From contig CABXSA010000001.1 in the NCBI GenBank assembly GCA_902514765.1, positions 13,180-77,179 of the forward strand: a stretch of 64,000 nt of DNA. Reading direction: 5' to 3'. Under the pieces are notes generated by a model. That model saw only the letters and a list, made by a program, of their open reading frames with translations, searched no databases and was not told where the DNA came from. This DNA comes from an uncultured SAR86 cluster bacterium. GTDB lineage: Bacteria; Pseudomonadota; Gammaproteobacteria; Magnimaribacterales; AG-339-G14. The translations under genes and the position numbers were made by a program. Numbering within the stretch: position 1 is the stretch's first letter; each line of letters starts with the position of its first letter. Shown piece by piece: positions 18,009 to 28,407 of the stretch.

Positions 18009-19910
18009 TTATTGTTTATTACTTTTTGACTTAGATGAGCAGCTTGGTGGAAGATTAATTGTTGGATTTTGATCAAAAAAACCAACTGGGATTAGATGAA
18101 ATCCGCAATACTCTACAGGCATTACAGGCCAGTCTTCTGGTCGGGGTAAATGGGTTACCCCAAAAGTAAGCCATGTCACCAAGTCGCATTCACTTATGTT
18201 TCTGTCTTGTGCCGTAATCTCTTCTAAGCCGCCCTCTCCAGAGTGCATCACCGTATGTCTGCCGCCTCCGCATCTCTCTTCGTTTTGAAACGGAGTTGCC
18301 CAAATATTATATTTCGCAAATGCAGCTCTTTTTCCTGGCGGAGAGTTAGGATTAGATAAAAGGGTTGGTGTATTACCATAAAGAATTTTATAGGCTGTTG
18401 GTAAACCAACTTTATTTAGCTTACTGGGATTCACAACTTTCCATGTGCGGCTTTTTTCTGGAGCAATATTCCTTTGAGCCTCACTCTCTTTTTTTAAATG
18501 CGATGAAACAGCTTGAAATTGGGTTCCTTCTGGATTCGTATTATTTATTGGTAAGGGCTCAACGTTTGTTTCGTATAACTGATTCTCACCATCATCCAGA
18601 TCCCAATCAATTCTTACATTGAATAGATGTTGGTGAATTGGTGACGCTAATTCTGGAGAGATTTTAAAATCTTGTCCTGATTTATGAATATCTGCATGAT
18701 ATGCGCTTATTCCAACTACACCTGTAAGTTTTATCTCTAATTGAATCGTGCCATCTAAATATAAATACCAAAATATGCCATAGTCATAGTTTCCTATAGT
18801 TGCAAAAGAACTAACTACAAGACGACGAGACCGCCTTACCTCGTTGTAACCCATTTGAGTAGCATCATTATGTTTCCATTGCACCCCAAAATCTTCTTCA
18901 TGAATACATATTGCATTTTCAATTGTTTCGACGGAACCATCAAAAGCTAGCTTGTGAGCGTCCAAATAATATATCTCACCTAGACAGTCGCAGCCCAAAG
19001 TTAAGGAATTTGTCATTGTCCCAAATCCATATTCGGTGCCATCATGAACTGCTTTCCACCAATGCATTGGATCAGATGAGCCATAAGGCACTACCATGTC
19101 TGACAAACCTGCGCGGTAAAAAATTGGTCTGTCATTTAAAGAAACTTGATGTAAGGCTAAACCTTCAATAGGATCAATGGAAGCTCTTAGCTGCCAGCCT
19201 TCCCAAGAAATTAAGTTATCTTTAACTGAAAATCCAACACCTTCGGGTTGAGTGATGGCGATTTCTTTTGGGCTTTCTCTTAATGTCTCTTGACCGTCTT
19301 TGTCATATCTAGCGGAAGCCTCGGGAACTTTCACTACCCCATGATCTTCAATTTCGACGACTTTTTTTTCTGTGAGGTCAACATGAGCAATCAAGCCTTG
19401 AATGGGTCTTGCATAAGCATTATCCTTTTCACTATCTTTTAGAAAAGAGATTGCTCTTAGAGCTCTATTGCCACTTTTTATATTCTTGTTTACGAAACCT
19501 CCACCTGGCCAGGGATCTATTTGTACAAGACTCAATTCTTTTATACCTCTTTTTTCTAAAGCCTTTTGATAATTTTCATCTCCCATAGTTAGCTCAATCG
19601 CCCCAAAAATTTCAGATAAAGTGTAAGTTGGTCCTGCTTTGTTAGAAATTTTTTTCTCAGTTAAAAGTTCTTTTTTTGAAATATTAATTTCTGCTTCAAA
19701 ACCATTGGATTTTTTATCTACCCCAACGATTTTTACAATCTTTTCTAGATTGCTATTCTCTTTGAGAGACTTTTTATCTGGCTCGTTTAAAGAAATATAA
19801 CTAAAAGAAGAGTGTTCATGCTCTTTATTACTTTTTTTGAGAATAGAAACTGCGTCACTTATTTCGGATGCGCTGAGGATACTTAAAGGATGATTACTAT
19901 TTTCAGTCAT
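18009..19910 (-). CDS. copper-containing primary amine oxidase (topaquinone enzyme)
   Basis: TPQ consensus NYDY (ATIGNYDYG) and Cu ligands HQH (SPIHQHLF). About 630 aa. No signal peptide. Confidence 0.9.
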   Translation of the reverse strand: MTENSNHPLSILSASEISDAVSILKKSNKEHEHSSFSYISLNEPDKKSLKENSNLEKIVKIVGVDKKSNGFEAEINISKKELLTEKKISNKAGPTYTLSEIFGAIELTMGDENYQKALEKRGIKELSLVQIDPWPGGGFVNKNIKSGNRALRAISFLKDSEKDNAYARPIQGLIAHVDLTEKKVVEIEDHGVVKVPEASARYDKDGQETLRESPKEIAITQPEGVGFSVKDNLISWEGWQLRASIDPIEGLALHQVSLNDRPIFYRAGLSDMVVPYGSSDPMHWWKAVHDGTEYGFGTMTNSLTLGCDCLGEIYYLDAHKLAFDGSVETIENAICIHEEDFGVQWKHNDATQMGYNEVRRSRRLVVSSFATIGNYDYGIFWYLYLDGTIQLEIKLTGVVGISAYHADIHKSGQDFKISPELASPIHQHLFNVRIDWDLDDGENQLYETNVEPLPINNTNPEGTQFQAVSSHLKKESEAQRNIAPEKSRTWKVVNPSKLNKVGLPTAYKILYGNTPTLLSNPNSPPGKRAAFAKYNIWATPFQNEERCGGGRHTVMHSGEGGLEEITAQDRNISECDLVTWLTFGVTHLPRPEDWPVMPVEYCGFHLIPVGFFDQNPTINLPPSCSSKSKSNKQ

Positions 19911-19944
19911 ACTTGAAGTATATAAGATTAAATATGCTCAAAAA

Positions 19945-20256
19945 TTATTTCTTCTTTTTATTTAATTCGTAAGCTTTAGATTTTTTAGGAAAAGAGCCTT
20001 TAACGATTGTGGCACGCTTTAAGATTTCATCATATTTTGTACAAGTGAATTCTCTAAACTTCATATAGTCTCTTAACATATCTTTCAAATTAAAACTGAT
20101 TGGAGACCTGTAGATAAGAAAACATGCATCAAACTCCGTTAAGTCTTTGAATTGTATAGTTTTAATTTCGGCTGGTTTGGAAGTTTTTTCTTGTGGAAAT
20201 ATCAAAAGAGAACTCAACAAAAGTACAGCTGGAAAAATTATTTTTTTAAGAAGCAT
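19945..20256 (-). CDS. small secreted protein, unknown function
   Basis: Signal peptide MLLKKIIFPAVLLLSSLLIF, two Cys, K-rich tail. Lies 34 nt upstream of the amine oxidase. Confidence 0.45.
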   Translation of the reverse strand: MLLKKIIFPAVLLLSSLLIFPQEKTSKPAEIKTIQFKDLTEFDACFLIYRSPISFNLKDMLRDYMKFREFTCTKYDEILKRATIVKGSFPKKSKAYELNKKKK

Positions 20257-20505
20257 TAATTATCACAAATCTTTTTTTAATAATTCTAAATTAGTAGCCA
20301 TATCAGTCAATAATAGCTAATCTTAATTATATGGATAGAAATGAACGGTTAGGCCGATCAATCCATGCAAGAAAAAGAAGGGCTCGTTTGAAGAAAACGC
20401 TCTCGCAAAGAAGCGACAATTTATATGCCCATCTTGATAGGTTGAGAGATAAAAAAAGAAAATTTCATATAAGACATCCTTTGGTCTATTAGAGAAGCTA
20501 ATGGC

Positions 20506-21363
20506 TTAAGTTTTATATTTTTTGATCGCACTCTTAAGAGGCTCTAGGTGCATGGAAAGATTTGGTCCGAATACCTCTTCAATGTCTCCGTTTTCCCTTT
20601 CTCCATAAAAGTCTAAGATGCATTTTTGGTAACTTTTTCTACTTTTTAATAATTCCCAATAAATTTTTACATTTGGCAGTTCTTCTATCTCTAGAATCTT
20701 TTCAAGTCTTACGTCTGTGAGCCTGTGAAAGCAGCACATTAAATTTATATCTATGTGTGAAAATTTTCCTAAAAAGTAAGGACTAGAGTTTTCTAATTGT
20801 TTTTCAATATCTAGTAGGCTTTTGGCCAGCACTTTGTAGCATCTGACTGCAACTGGCTTTTGAATATTGAAAAATTTCATGACTAAAAAAAAGCGCCCTC
20901 TTTCTCTCAAGGGGTGTTTCCAAAAGACTTTAATGGCTTGAAAAATAGATAAGTATTTTTTTACCATGAAATTTATAAGAATTAACGAGAAAGGTGGTAT
21001 TGCAGTGCCTAAAGTTTTCCCTAAAGGAACGCCATCAGTTAGAGTAGTATCGTCTACCCAAGTATTAAGCTTTTCTTGGTCTACATCTGCTGGCCATAAA
21101 TCCATATCGTTTTCACCAGAAATAGAATTTAGTTTTTTAATAATGTTTGTACTTTCCGTGACTATTTCTCCATCCAAGTCTAATGAAGGCACAACACCTT
21201 TTGGATTTATTGCGAGATATTCTGGGGAAAGATTCTCGGCCTCAGGATATTGATCACAAAGTTTTATAAGGTTGCTTTCATAGGAAAGGCCTTTTTCTTC
21301 CATGGCAACACGAGCCATTTGGCTACACAAAGACCATTTAGCGTGATACAGCTTTAATTTCAT
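20506..21363 (-). CDS. glutathione S-transferase family protein (PcpC / GDAP1-like subgroup)
   Basis: Thioredoxin-fold N-terminus LYHAKWSLCSQMARVAMEEKG resembles the S-x-C-S active-site region of tetrachlorohydroquinone dehalogenase-type GSTs (from memory). VVPSL cis-Pro loop. Confidence 0.6.
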   Translation of the reverse strand: MKLKLYHAKWSLCSQMARVAMEEKGLSYESNLIKLCDQYPEAENLSPEYLAINPKGVVPSLDLDGEIVTESTNIIKKLNSISGENDMDLWPADVDQEKLNTWVDDTTLTDGVPLGKTLGTAIPPFSLILINFMVKKYLSIFQAIKVFWKHPLRERGRFFLVMKFFNIQKPVAVRCYKVLAKSLLDIEKQLENSSPYFLGKFSHIDINLMCCFHRLTDVRLEKILEIEELPNVKIYWELLKSRKSYQKCILDFYGERENGDIEEVFGPNLSMHLEPLKSAIKKYKT

Positions 21364-22151
21364 TGGAAATCATCTGGGAAATATTCCTTTAGGTTTTCCC
21401 TTACTAGTTTGGTCCAAATTTTATAGCCCTTTTGATTCATATGAAGCAAGTCTTCTGTATAAAGTTCGGGTCTAGGTTTTTCGTCAGCAGATAACATTGG
21501 TGGAGAAACATCAACGAAAACCAATTTGGTTTCTTTATTAGCTAAATTTCTGACCGATTCGTTCCATTTTTGCTGTCTGGGTCTTTGATCAAATCTGCTT
21601 GGAGAAGGTTGAATGCTTATGGCAAAAACCATGGTTTTTGGAAGTCTTTCTTTCACAGAATTGAAGAAGATTTCAAATTCAGCAAAAACATCTTCAGGCG
21701 CATTCCAACCATTAATGTCATTGGAGCCGCAAAAAAACACAATTGCTTTTGGTTTATAAGGAAAAACTATCTTATCTTTGTGGCGATTTATATGTTTAGT
21801 ATGAGCGCCGCCAAAACCTCGATTAATAATATTTAGCGGGCTCATGTCTTCTTCCAAAGATTGCCAAAGTCTAATCGAAGAGCTTCCTATAAATAAAAAT
21901 CCATTAGTTGGGGGGAATGCGATCTTATCTTGCTTAACAAATTCTTCAATATCTTCATCGAAACCATCTAGCTTGTTGTAACTTCGAATTCTCTTAACCC
22001 AGTATTTAATTTCTTCGTCATTAAGTTCATACCCAAGAGCTTTGGCTCCCTCTTTTACTCGGTATTCCCAATATTTTTCATATGCAAACCAGCCTCCCAG
22101 AATGAGAATGAATAAAAAACCAATTATGTAAAACGAGGCTCTTTTAGTCAT
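21360..22151 (-). CDS. membrane-anchored SGNH/GDSL-family hydrolase
   Basis: N-terminal TM helix. Blocks I (FIGSSS), II (GFGG), III (GSND) and V (DLLHMN). ATGA overlap with the GST-like gene. Confidence 0.65.
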   Translation of the reverse strand: MTKRASFYIIGFLFILILGGWFAYEKYWEYRVKEGAKALGYELNDEEIKYWVKRIRSYNKLDGFDEDIEEFVKQDKIAFPPTNGFLFIGSSSIRLWQSLEEDMSPLNIINRGFGGAHTKHINRHKDKIVFPYKPKAIVFFCGSNDINGWNAPEDVFAEFEIFFNSVKERLPKTMVFAISIQPSPSRFDQRPRQQKWNESVRNLANKETKLVFVDVSPPMLSADEKPRPELYTEDLLHMNQKGYKIWTKLVRENLKEYFPDDFQ

Positions 22152-22206
22152 GCTGCTATTTATATGCTTAAATAATTACAAATGCTATCAAAAAAATTAA
22201 AAATCG

Positions 22207-22587
22207 ATGTTAGATAAAGTTTTTCTTTTTATATTCGGTATCGAATGGTTAGGTTTTGGGGTTATAGGACTTTTCTTTCCAGAGATTATTTCAAATTGGA
22301 TTGGCATCAATCAAACTTCAGACTTTTATTTAAGCGAAACACGCGCCTGGTATTCTTTTTTTACTATCCTAGGCATGATGTCTCTGATAAGTATTTATCG
22401 CATAAGGCTAAGGAAAAAAGTCTATCTAACTTTCTGCATTCTTATGGGGAGTTTTTTGATAGGAAGAACCATAAGTTTTTTACTTGATAGTAGTTTAGGA
22501 ACCGGAACGGCTATAACGTTTGTTAATGAATTTGTGGTATTCGTAATTTCTTACTGGCGTTATACCAAAAGAGACTTTATTTTCTGA
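22207..22587 (+). CDS. 4-TM membrane protein, unknown function
   Basis: Hydrophobic ORF. Its stop overlaps the start of the next gene. Confidence 0.4.
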   Translation: MLDKVFLFIFGIEWLGFGVIGLFFPEIISNWIGINQTSDFYLSETRAWYSFFTILGMMSLISIYRIRLRKKVYLTFCILMGSFLIGRTISFLLDSSLGTGTAITFVNEFVVFVISYWRYTKRDFIF

Positions 22588-24245
22588 TGAAAGTATTATT
22601 GGCCTTTGCTTTAATGATAACTTTTTTAAGCTGTTCTTCTTCCAAATCATCTGAAGTAATTGAAACCTCGTTGGGAAAAATTCAGGGTTTTCAAACGGAT
22701 CAGGTAAATTTTTTTTTAGGTATTCCATATGCTGAAGCCCCAATAGGCGATTTACGTTGGCAGCCTCCTAAACCAGTTGAAGCCTGGGACGGCTTAAAGA
22801 GTGCTGAAAAATTAGGCCCTTCTTGCATGCAGCCAACTAATATTGGGAACTCAGCTTTCTTGGACCTATTGTTGGACGGTTATGGTTTAGCATGGTATGA
22901 AAAACTTCTGATAAAGTTTTTTGCTTTTTTTGCTCCAACTCTCACTACAAGTGATTTTTCTGAGGATTGTTTGTTTTTAAACATAATTTCGCCGAAAGAG
23001 GCCAAGAACTTGCCTGTGATGTTCTGGATTCATGGAGGGGCTGGAAGATTTGGTTCAGGGGGAGACAGTATCTACTTAACTTCAAAATTTGCCGAGAAAG
23101 ATGTCATTCTTGTAACTATAAATTATCGTTTAGGATCACTAGGATGGTTTGCTCATCCTGCATTATCAGCTGAATCAGTGAATGGTGTTTCAGGGAACTA
23201 TGCGTCGTTAGATCAAATAGAAGCTCTCAAATGGGTTAAAAAAAATATTTCTAATTTTGGCGGAGATCCTAATAATGTCACTATTTTTGGTGAGTCAGCT
23301 GGGGGTCAAGCAGTAGGTACACTCTTATCCAGCCCTTTATCAAAGGGATTGTTTCATAAAGCAATTTCTCAAAGTGGCTCTGGTATTTTAGGCACTCGTT
23401 CGTTAAGAGATAATTCTAGAAACAGATCTGCAGAAAATATTGGTTTAGAGCTAGCAGAATATTTTAGAGTTGGAAATGATGAAAAAACTCTTGCGAAACT
23501 TAGAAATATTCCAGCTAGAGACTTTATACAAATTTCTAATCCTGAAAAGGACGCTGAGCTTATAAGTAATGTGACTCAGAATGTTGATGGGTATGTCTTT
23601 CCTTTTAGGTTTCATGATGCTTATCGAAATGGGTTTTCTCATAATGTACCTTACATAACAGGCTTCAATGCAAATGAAGGAACAACATTAGTTCCGTTAA
23701 TATTTCCCGAGCCTATTTTTAAAGAATCTTTCAGTAAAGAAAATTGGCTTAAAGAATTTTGGGAAATTTTGTTAGATGGCTTTTCAGGTGAAGTTCCTGA
23801 AATTTTGGCATCTTACATAGAATCCATGGATGGAACTTCCTACAATGCTGCTACACAAGTCTGGGGAGATATTTGGTTTGGAGGTCCTGCATATTATTCG
23901 GCCCAAAAAAGAAGTGATGATGGGTTAACTACCTATCTATATTTCTTTGAGAGATCGGTTCCTTCTGAAAAACAAACCATTGGAGCTACTCATGCACTTG
24001 AACTAGCTTATATCTTTGGAAGCTTTTTTCCTTTTGTAGCTCGAGATGATTGGGATGATAAATTAAGCGAAATAATGCTCAATGATTGGACAGATTTTGC
24101 AAAAACAGGTGTCCCGCATAAATCATGGCCCAAATTTTCTTCATCAAATCCAATTGCGAGAATATATGGAGATACTGTTTATGAGGATAAATTAAGAGAA
24201 CGAGAAGTCTTTGAGGCTCTAGCGGATTATTTTGATAAATTTTAA
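22587..24245 (+). CDS. type-B carboxylesterase/lipase, lipoprotein
   Basis: Lipobox FLSCSSS, EDCLFLNI, and nucleophile elbow FGESAGG. Confidence 0.85.
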   Translation: MKVLLAFALMITFLSCSSSKSSEVIETSLGKIQGFQTDQVNFFLGIPYAEAPIGDLRWQPPKPVEAWDGLKSAEKLGPSCMQPTNIGNSAFLDLLLDGYGLAWYEKLLIKFFAFFAPTLTTSDFSEDCLFLNIISPKEAKNLPVMFWIHGGAGRFGSGGDSIYLTSKFAEKDVILVTINYRLGSLGWFAHPALSAESVNGVSGNYASLDQIEALKWVKKNISNFGGDPNNVTIFGESAGGQAVGTLLSSPLSKGLFHKAISQSGSGILGTRSLRDNSRNRSAENIGLELAEYFRVGNDEKTLAKLRNIPARDFIQISNPEKDAELISNVTQNVDGYVFPFRFHDAYRNGFSHNVPYITGFNANEGTTLVPLIFPEPIFKESFSKENWLKEFWEILLDGFSGEVPEILASYIESMDGTSYNAATQVWGDIWFGGPAYYSAQKRSDDGLTTYLYFFERSVPSEKQTIGATHALELAYIFGSFFPFVARDDWDDKLSEIMLNDWTDFAKTGVPHKSWPKFSSSNPIARIYGDTVYEDKLREREVFEALADYFDKF

Positions 24246-25180
24246 AGGTTCTTCTTAAAAAATTCTAAAGCATCTTTTTGGGATTGTCGTCTTATGGACC
24301 AATCACCTCCCGTACTAGCTCCAAAGTTGATTTCACCTGACTCGAAAATCTTTAGCCTATCCTCAGGTTGGTTCATTACCAGTATTTCACCTGAGTCGGT
24401 TTCATAAGTCATGTTGCCATTTTTTGCAACAGTACAAAATTTTTCAGAAACGGCTATAGCATCAGGCCAGTGAGTTACAGGATTGATAGAATCAAAACTA
24501 TGCTCTCCTCCCGGATATGAAATAACTGAGCTGTTCCCGCCAGAAGCATTGATGATTTCTGACATTTCATGAACTAAAACTGCAGGAGTATAATTATCGC
24601 TTTCTCCTACAAGATTAAGAATTGGTCCTGCATTCCATCTATTTTCTTCAGGTTTGATATAAGTAGCTGGATAAAAAGGTAAACAACACTTAAATCTCTC
24701 TCCATTAGGAGATAATTTTTCAGCCAATGGTTCCCAAAAAGAATAAAAGCTTACAGTTCCACCTAAACTCCAGCCAGTGATGCCAATTCTTGATGAATCT
24801 ATATCAGGATGTCTAGAGATAATTTTAAGTGCTTCAAAAGTGTCAGCCATCATCATGGCTGCTGTTACGGACATTTGATCTTCAACAGTAGAGGCAACTC
24901 CTCGAGAGTCAAAACTATGAACCCTAAATATTGCAAAACCTGCTTCCAGGAAATTTAGGATATGTTCGTGGTGATGTCCCGCCCAATTATCACTTCCATG
25001 AACACAAAATATTACAGGATAAGGTCCTGTGCCATTTTCCGGAAAAATTAACCAGCCCTGAGCATCAATTTCGGGAGCTTTGTCTAATTCATTTAAAATA
25101 TGATAAAACTCGAATGGGCTTGAAGATTTATACTCCAGATACCCTTGTTGGCCACTTTTTAACTCTATAGTTTCATTCAT
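24242..25180 (-). CDS. alpha/beta hydrolase, dienelactone-hydrolase-like
   Basis: GxSxG (GWSLGG) and C-terminal GGEHSF His region. Confidence 0.6.
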   Translation of the reverse strand: MNETIELKSGQQGYLEYKSSSPFEFYHILNELDKAPEIDAQGWLIFPENGTGPYPVIFCVHGSDNWAGHHHEHILNFLEAGFAIFRVHSFDSRGVASTVEDQMSVTAAMMMADTFEALKIISRHPDIDSSRIGITGWSLGGTVSFYSFWEPLAEKLSPNGERFKCCLPFYPATYIKPEENRWNAGPILNLVGESDNYTPAVLVHEMSEIINASGGNSSVISYPGGEHSFDSINPVTHWPDAIAVSEKFCTVAKNGNMTYETDSGEILVMNQPEDRLKIFESGEINFGASTGGDWSIRRQSQKDALEFFKKNL

Positions 25181-25279
25181 TATAAAATAAGAATAATTCT
25201 CAACTCTCTTGAGAAGTATGAAAGAAGTTTGGCATAATAATCTACCTTTTGATAACTAATTTTTTAAACTGGAAGAGAT

Positions 25280-26803
25280 TTGAACGTTAACCTGCCCATT
25301 GACCAACTTATAAAGATTGCAGTCGATAATAAAGAAGGAGTTATAGCAAGCAATGGAGCTTTAGTTGTTACAACTGGCAAAAGGACCGGCAGAAGTCCTG
25401 CAGACAAATTCATAGTCGATGATGCAATTACTCATGATGAGGTTAACTGGAATAATGATAGCCAACCCATAGAGCCTGAAAAATTTTCCAAACTTTGGCT
25501 GGAATCAGAAGAGTACATCAAAGGAAAAAATATTTTCACCGCTGAAATGCATGTAGGTGCTAGTGAGAAACACTATCAACCAGTTCACGTTGAAAATGAA
25601 TTAGCCTGGCATAATATTTTTTGCCAAAGCTTGTTTATTAAGCCAAATTCATTCAATTCTGCTAATAAAGACGTCTGGACTTTAAGATCTTTGCCAAACT
25701 TCAAATGTAAACCTGAAGTGCATGGAACAAATTCTGATGGAGCCATCATGGTTAATTTCAGTGAAAAGAAAGTTCTAATTTTAGGAATTGCTTACGCTGG
25801 AGAAATGAAAAAATCTATGTTCGGTGTGATGAATTTTATTTTGCCAGATGCTGACGTTTTGCCAATGCATTGTGCGGCTAATGCTGGAGAAGATGGTGAT
25901 GTCTCTTTATTTTTTGGTCTATCCGGAACTGGTAAAACTACTCTTTCAGCTGACCCAGAGCGATGGCTAATTGGGGATGATGAACATGGTTGGGGCAATG
26001 GCATAGTTTTCAATATTGAAGGAGGCTGCTATGCCAAGACAGTAGATTTGTCTCAAAAAAATGAACCTGTCATATGGAATGCTATTAAACATGGGTCTGT
26101 AGTTGAAAACGTTATCTTCAACCCTGCTTCATTAGAAATTGATTACACCGATCAAACGCTTACAGAAAATACTCGTGCGGTCTATCCTTTGAGTCATGTT
26201 GAACAACATCTGGAAAAAAATTATGGTGGTGAGCCACAAAATATAATATTTCTTACCTGTGATTTAACGGGTGTGATGCCGCCAGTTTCAATTTTATCCA
26301 AAGAAGCTGCGGCATATCATTTCCTTAGCGGTTATACAGCTAAAGTAGGTTCGACAGAATTAGGATCTTCGTCTGAAATAGACTCCACTTTTTCAAATTG
26401 TTATGGTGCACCCTTTTTTCCAAGGCCTGCAAAGGTATATGCAGAACTGCTTATGAAAAGGATAGAAGAATTCGGCAGTAAGATTTTCATTGTTAATTCT
26501 GGCTGGACAGGCGGTCCTTATGGAGTTGGTAAGCGTTTTGATATTCCTGTAACTAGAGCAGTTATAAAAGCAATACAGGATGGTTCAATAAACGATGCAG
26601 AAACAGAAAAACTGGACATCATGAATGTAGAAGTTCCTACGAAACTAAATGATGTTGATACAAAACTATTAAATCCATCTGAAACTTGGTCCAGTAAGGA
26701 AGATTATGATATCGCTGCTAAAGAATTAGCAGCCAAATTTAAAGAAAACATAGATAAGTTCGATATTTCAGATGAAATTAGACAGGCTGGTCCAATTATC
26801 TAA
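25280..26803 (+). CDS. pckA: phosphoenolpyruvate carboxykinase (ATP)
   Basis: Kinase-1a [11 protein letters not shown] and [13 protein letters not shown] start. Confidence 0.9.
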   Translation: MNVNLPIDQLIKIAVDNKEGVIASNGALVVTTGKRTGRSPADKFIVDDAITHDEVNWNNDSQPIEPEKFSKLWLESEEYIKGKNIFTAEMHVGASEKHYQPVHVENELAWHNIFCQSLFIKPNSFNSANKDVWTLRSLPNFKCKPEVHGTNSDGAIMVNFSEKKVLILGIAYAGEMKKSMFGVMNFILPDADVLPMHCAANAGEDGDVSLFFGLSGTGKTTLSADPERWLIGDDEHGWGNGIVFNIEGGCYAKTVDLSQKNEPVIWNAIKHGSVVENVIFNPASLEIDYTDQTLTENTRAVYPLSHVEQHLEKNYGGEPQNIIFLTCDLTGVMPPVSILSKEAAAYHFLSGYTAKVGSTELGSSSEIDSTFSNCYGAPFFPRPAKVYAELLMKRIEEFGSKIFIVNSGWTGGPYGVGKRFDIPVTRAVIKAIQDGSINDAETEKLDIMNVEVPTKLNDVDTKLLNPSETWSSKEDYDIAAKELAAKFKENIDKFDISDEIRQAGPII

Positions 26804-26811
26804 AAAATTTT

Positions 26812-28362
26812 ATGACAAGGTCTTTGGGAGAGGCCTTATCGCTTCTAGCAGATAAGGGTGATATTAACCTAGAAAATTCAATTTCTCGTGGAATTGAAAA
26901 GGAATCCCTTCGAGTGTCGAACGATAAAACTATTTCAAAAGCAAACCACCCTCCTTCTTTGGGATCAGCTCTTACAAATAAATACATCACAACTGATTTT
27001 TCTGAAGCTCTTTTAGAACTGATTACGCCAACTCATTCTTCAATAGAAAATGTTCTGAAGAATCTAGATGAAATATGTAAATTTGCTGTTGAAGAGACGC
27101 CCGATATTATTTGGCCAAGTAGTATTCCTTGCAAAATAGATAACGAAGACTCCATTAGACTAGCTGATTATGGGCCTTCAAATTCTGGCCTTCTTAAAAC
27201 TTTATACAGATCAGGATTGAGTTACCGGTATGGCTCAATGATGCAAACGGTCTCTGGTATTCATTATAATTTTTCCTTCAATGATAAGCTCTTTGAAAGC
27301 TTAAGGGGAAAAGAAGACCTCCAAAGTTTTAAGAATAATTCTTATCTGAGTCTGATTAGAAATTTTAGGCGCAACGCTTGGATGATCTTATACCTATTTG
27401 GATCAAGCCCAGTAGTACCAAAAACTTTCATCACTGATAGGAAAAATTTCCTTGAAGAATTAAATAAAGAAGACTTATTTTTAGAGTTCGCAACTTGCTT
27501 AAGAATGAGTGAATTGGGCTATATGTCTAAAGCACAAGATAATCTTTACATTGCTTATAACGATATTGATGAGTATTTGAAAGACTTGAAAAATGCTTTG
27601 ACAAAAGAACACAAAAGATACGGTGAAGTAGGCATCATTAAGGACGGCAAAAGAATACAAATAAATACTTCCATTATTCAAATTGAAAATGAATACTACA
27701 GCTCCATTCGGCCTAAAAGAGTGACTCCGACAGGTGAACGACCTATTAATATTTTAAGAAATGAAGGCATAGATTATGTGGAAATTAGAGCGTTAGATAA
27801 TAATTCTTTTTTGCCGACCGGCATTGATGAAGATACTAGTTATTTTTTAGAAGCATATCTTATAGGTTGTTTTTTTGGTGAAGATAAAAAATCCACTAAG
27901 AACGAAATAAAAGAACTTTTGGTAAATTGGGAAAAGGTTGTTAAAGAAGGAAGAAATCCAAATCTTAAACTGTTGAAAAACAAAGAAGAAATAACTATTA
28001 AGGATTCAGGTATGCAAGTAATAGACTACTTAAGAGATATCTTTGTGAAAATGCCTCCTGAAATGAATGACTATGTAAAAAAAATTATGAAATCTTTGGA
28101 TATACAAGAAAAGAAATTGGACGATGCTTCGCTTACACCTTCCGGGCGAATTGTTTCTGAATTACGAAATAAAGATAAAACTTGGGAGGAACTAAATTTA
28201 GAATTAGCAGGAGAACATTCAAAATCTCTCAAAAGGATTGAAACGAACTTAAATTATCTTTCAAATGAAGCTAAAAGGTCCTTAGAAAAATTCAAGGAGT
28301 TAGGAAGGAACGATGAGGAAGATTTTGAGGTTTACCTTGATAAATTTGTGAACGATATATAA
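26812..28362 (+). CDS. gshA: glutamate--cysteine ligase (proteobacterial type)
   Basis: RGIEKESLRV and the overall GshA-like sequence and length. Confidence 0.85.
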   Translation: MTRSLGEALSLLADKGDINLENSISRGIEKESLRVSNDKTISKANHPPSLGSALTNKYITTDFSEALLELITPTHSSIENVLKNLDEICKFAVEETPDIIWPSSIPCKIDNEDSIRLADYGPSNSGLLKTLYRSGLSYRYGSMMQTVSGIHYNFSFNDKLFESLRGKEDLQSFKNNSYLSLIRNFRRNAWMILYLFGSSPVVPKTFITDRKNFLEELNKEDLFLEFATCLRMSELGYMSKAQDNLYIAYNDIDEYLKDLKNALTKEHKRYGEVGIIKDGKRIQINTSIIQIENEYYSSIRPKRVTPTGERPINILRNEGIDYVEIRALDNNSFLPTGIDEDTSYFLEAYLIGCFFGEDKKSTKNEIKELLVNWEKVVKEGRNPNLKLLKNKEEITIKDSGMQVIDYLRDIFVKMPPEMNDYVKKIMKSLDIQEKKLDDASLTPSGRIVSELRNKDKTWEELNLELAGEHSKSLKRIETNLNYLSNEAKRSLEKFKELGRNDEEDFEVYLDKFVNDI

Positions 28363-28407
28363 GGTTTTATTCTATTTAAAAATAATTAATTTAGTATTAG
28401 GAGAAGT

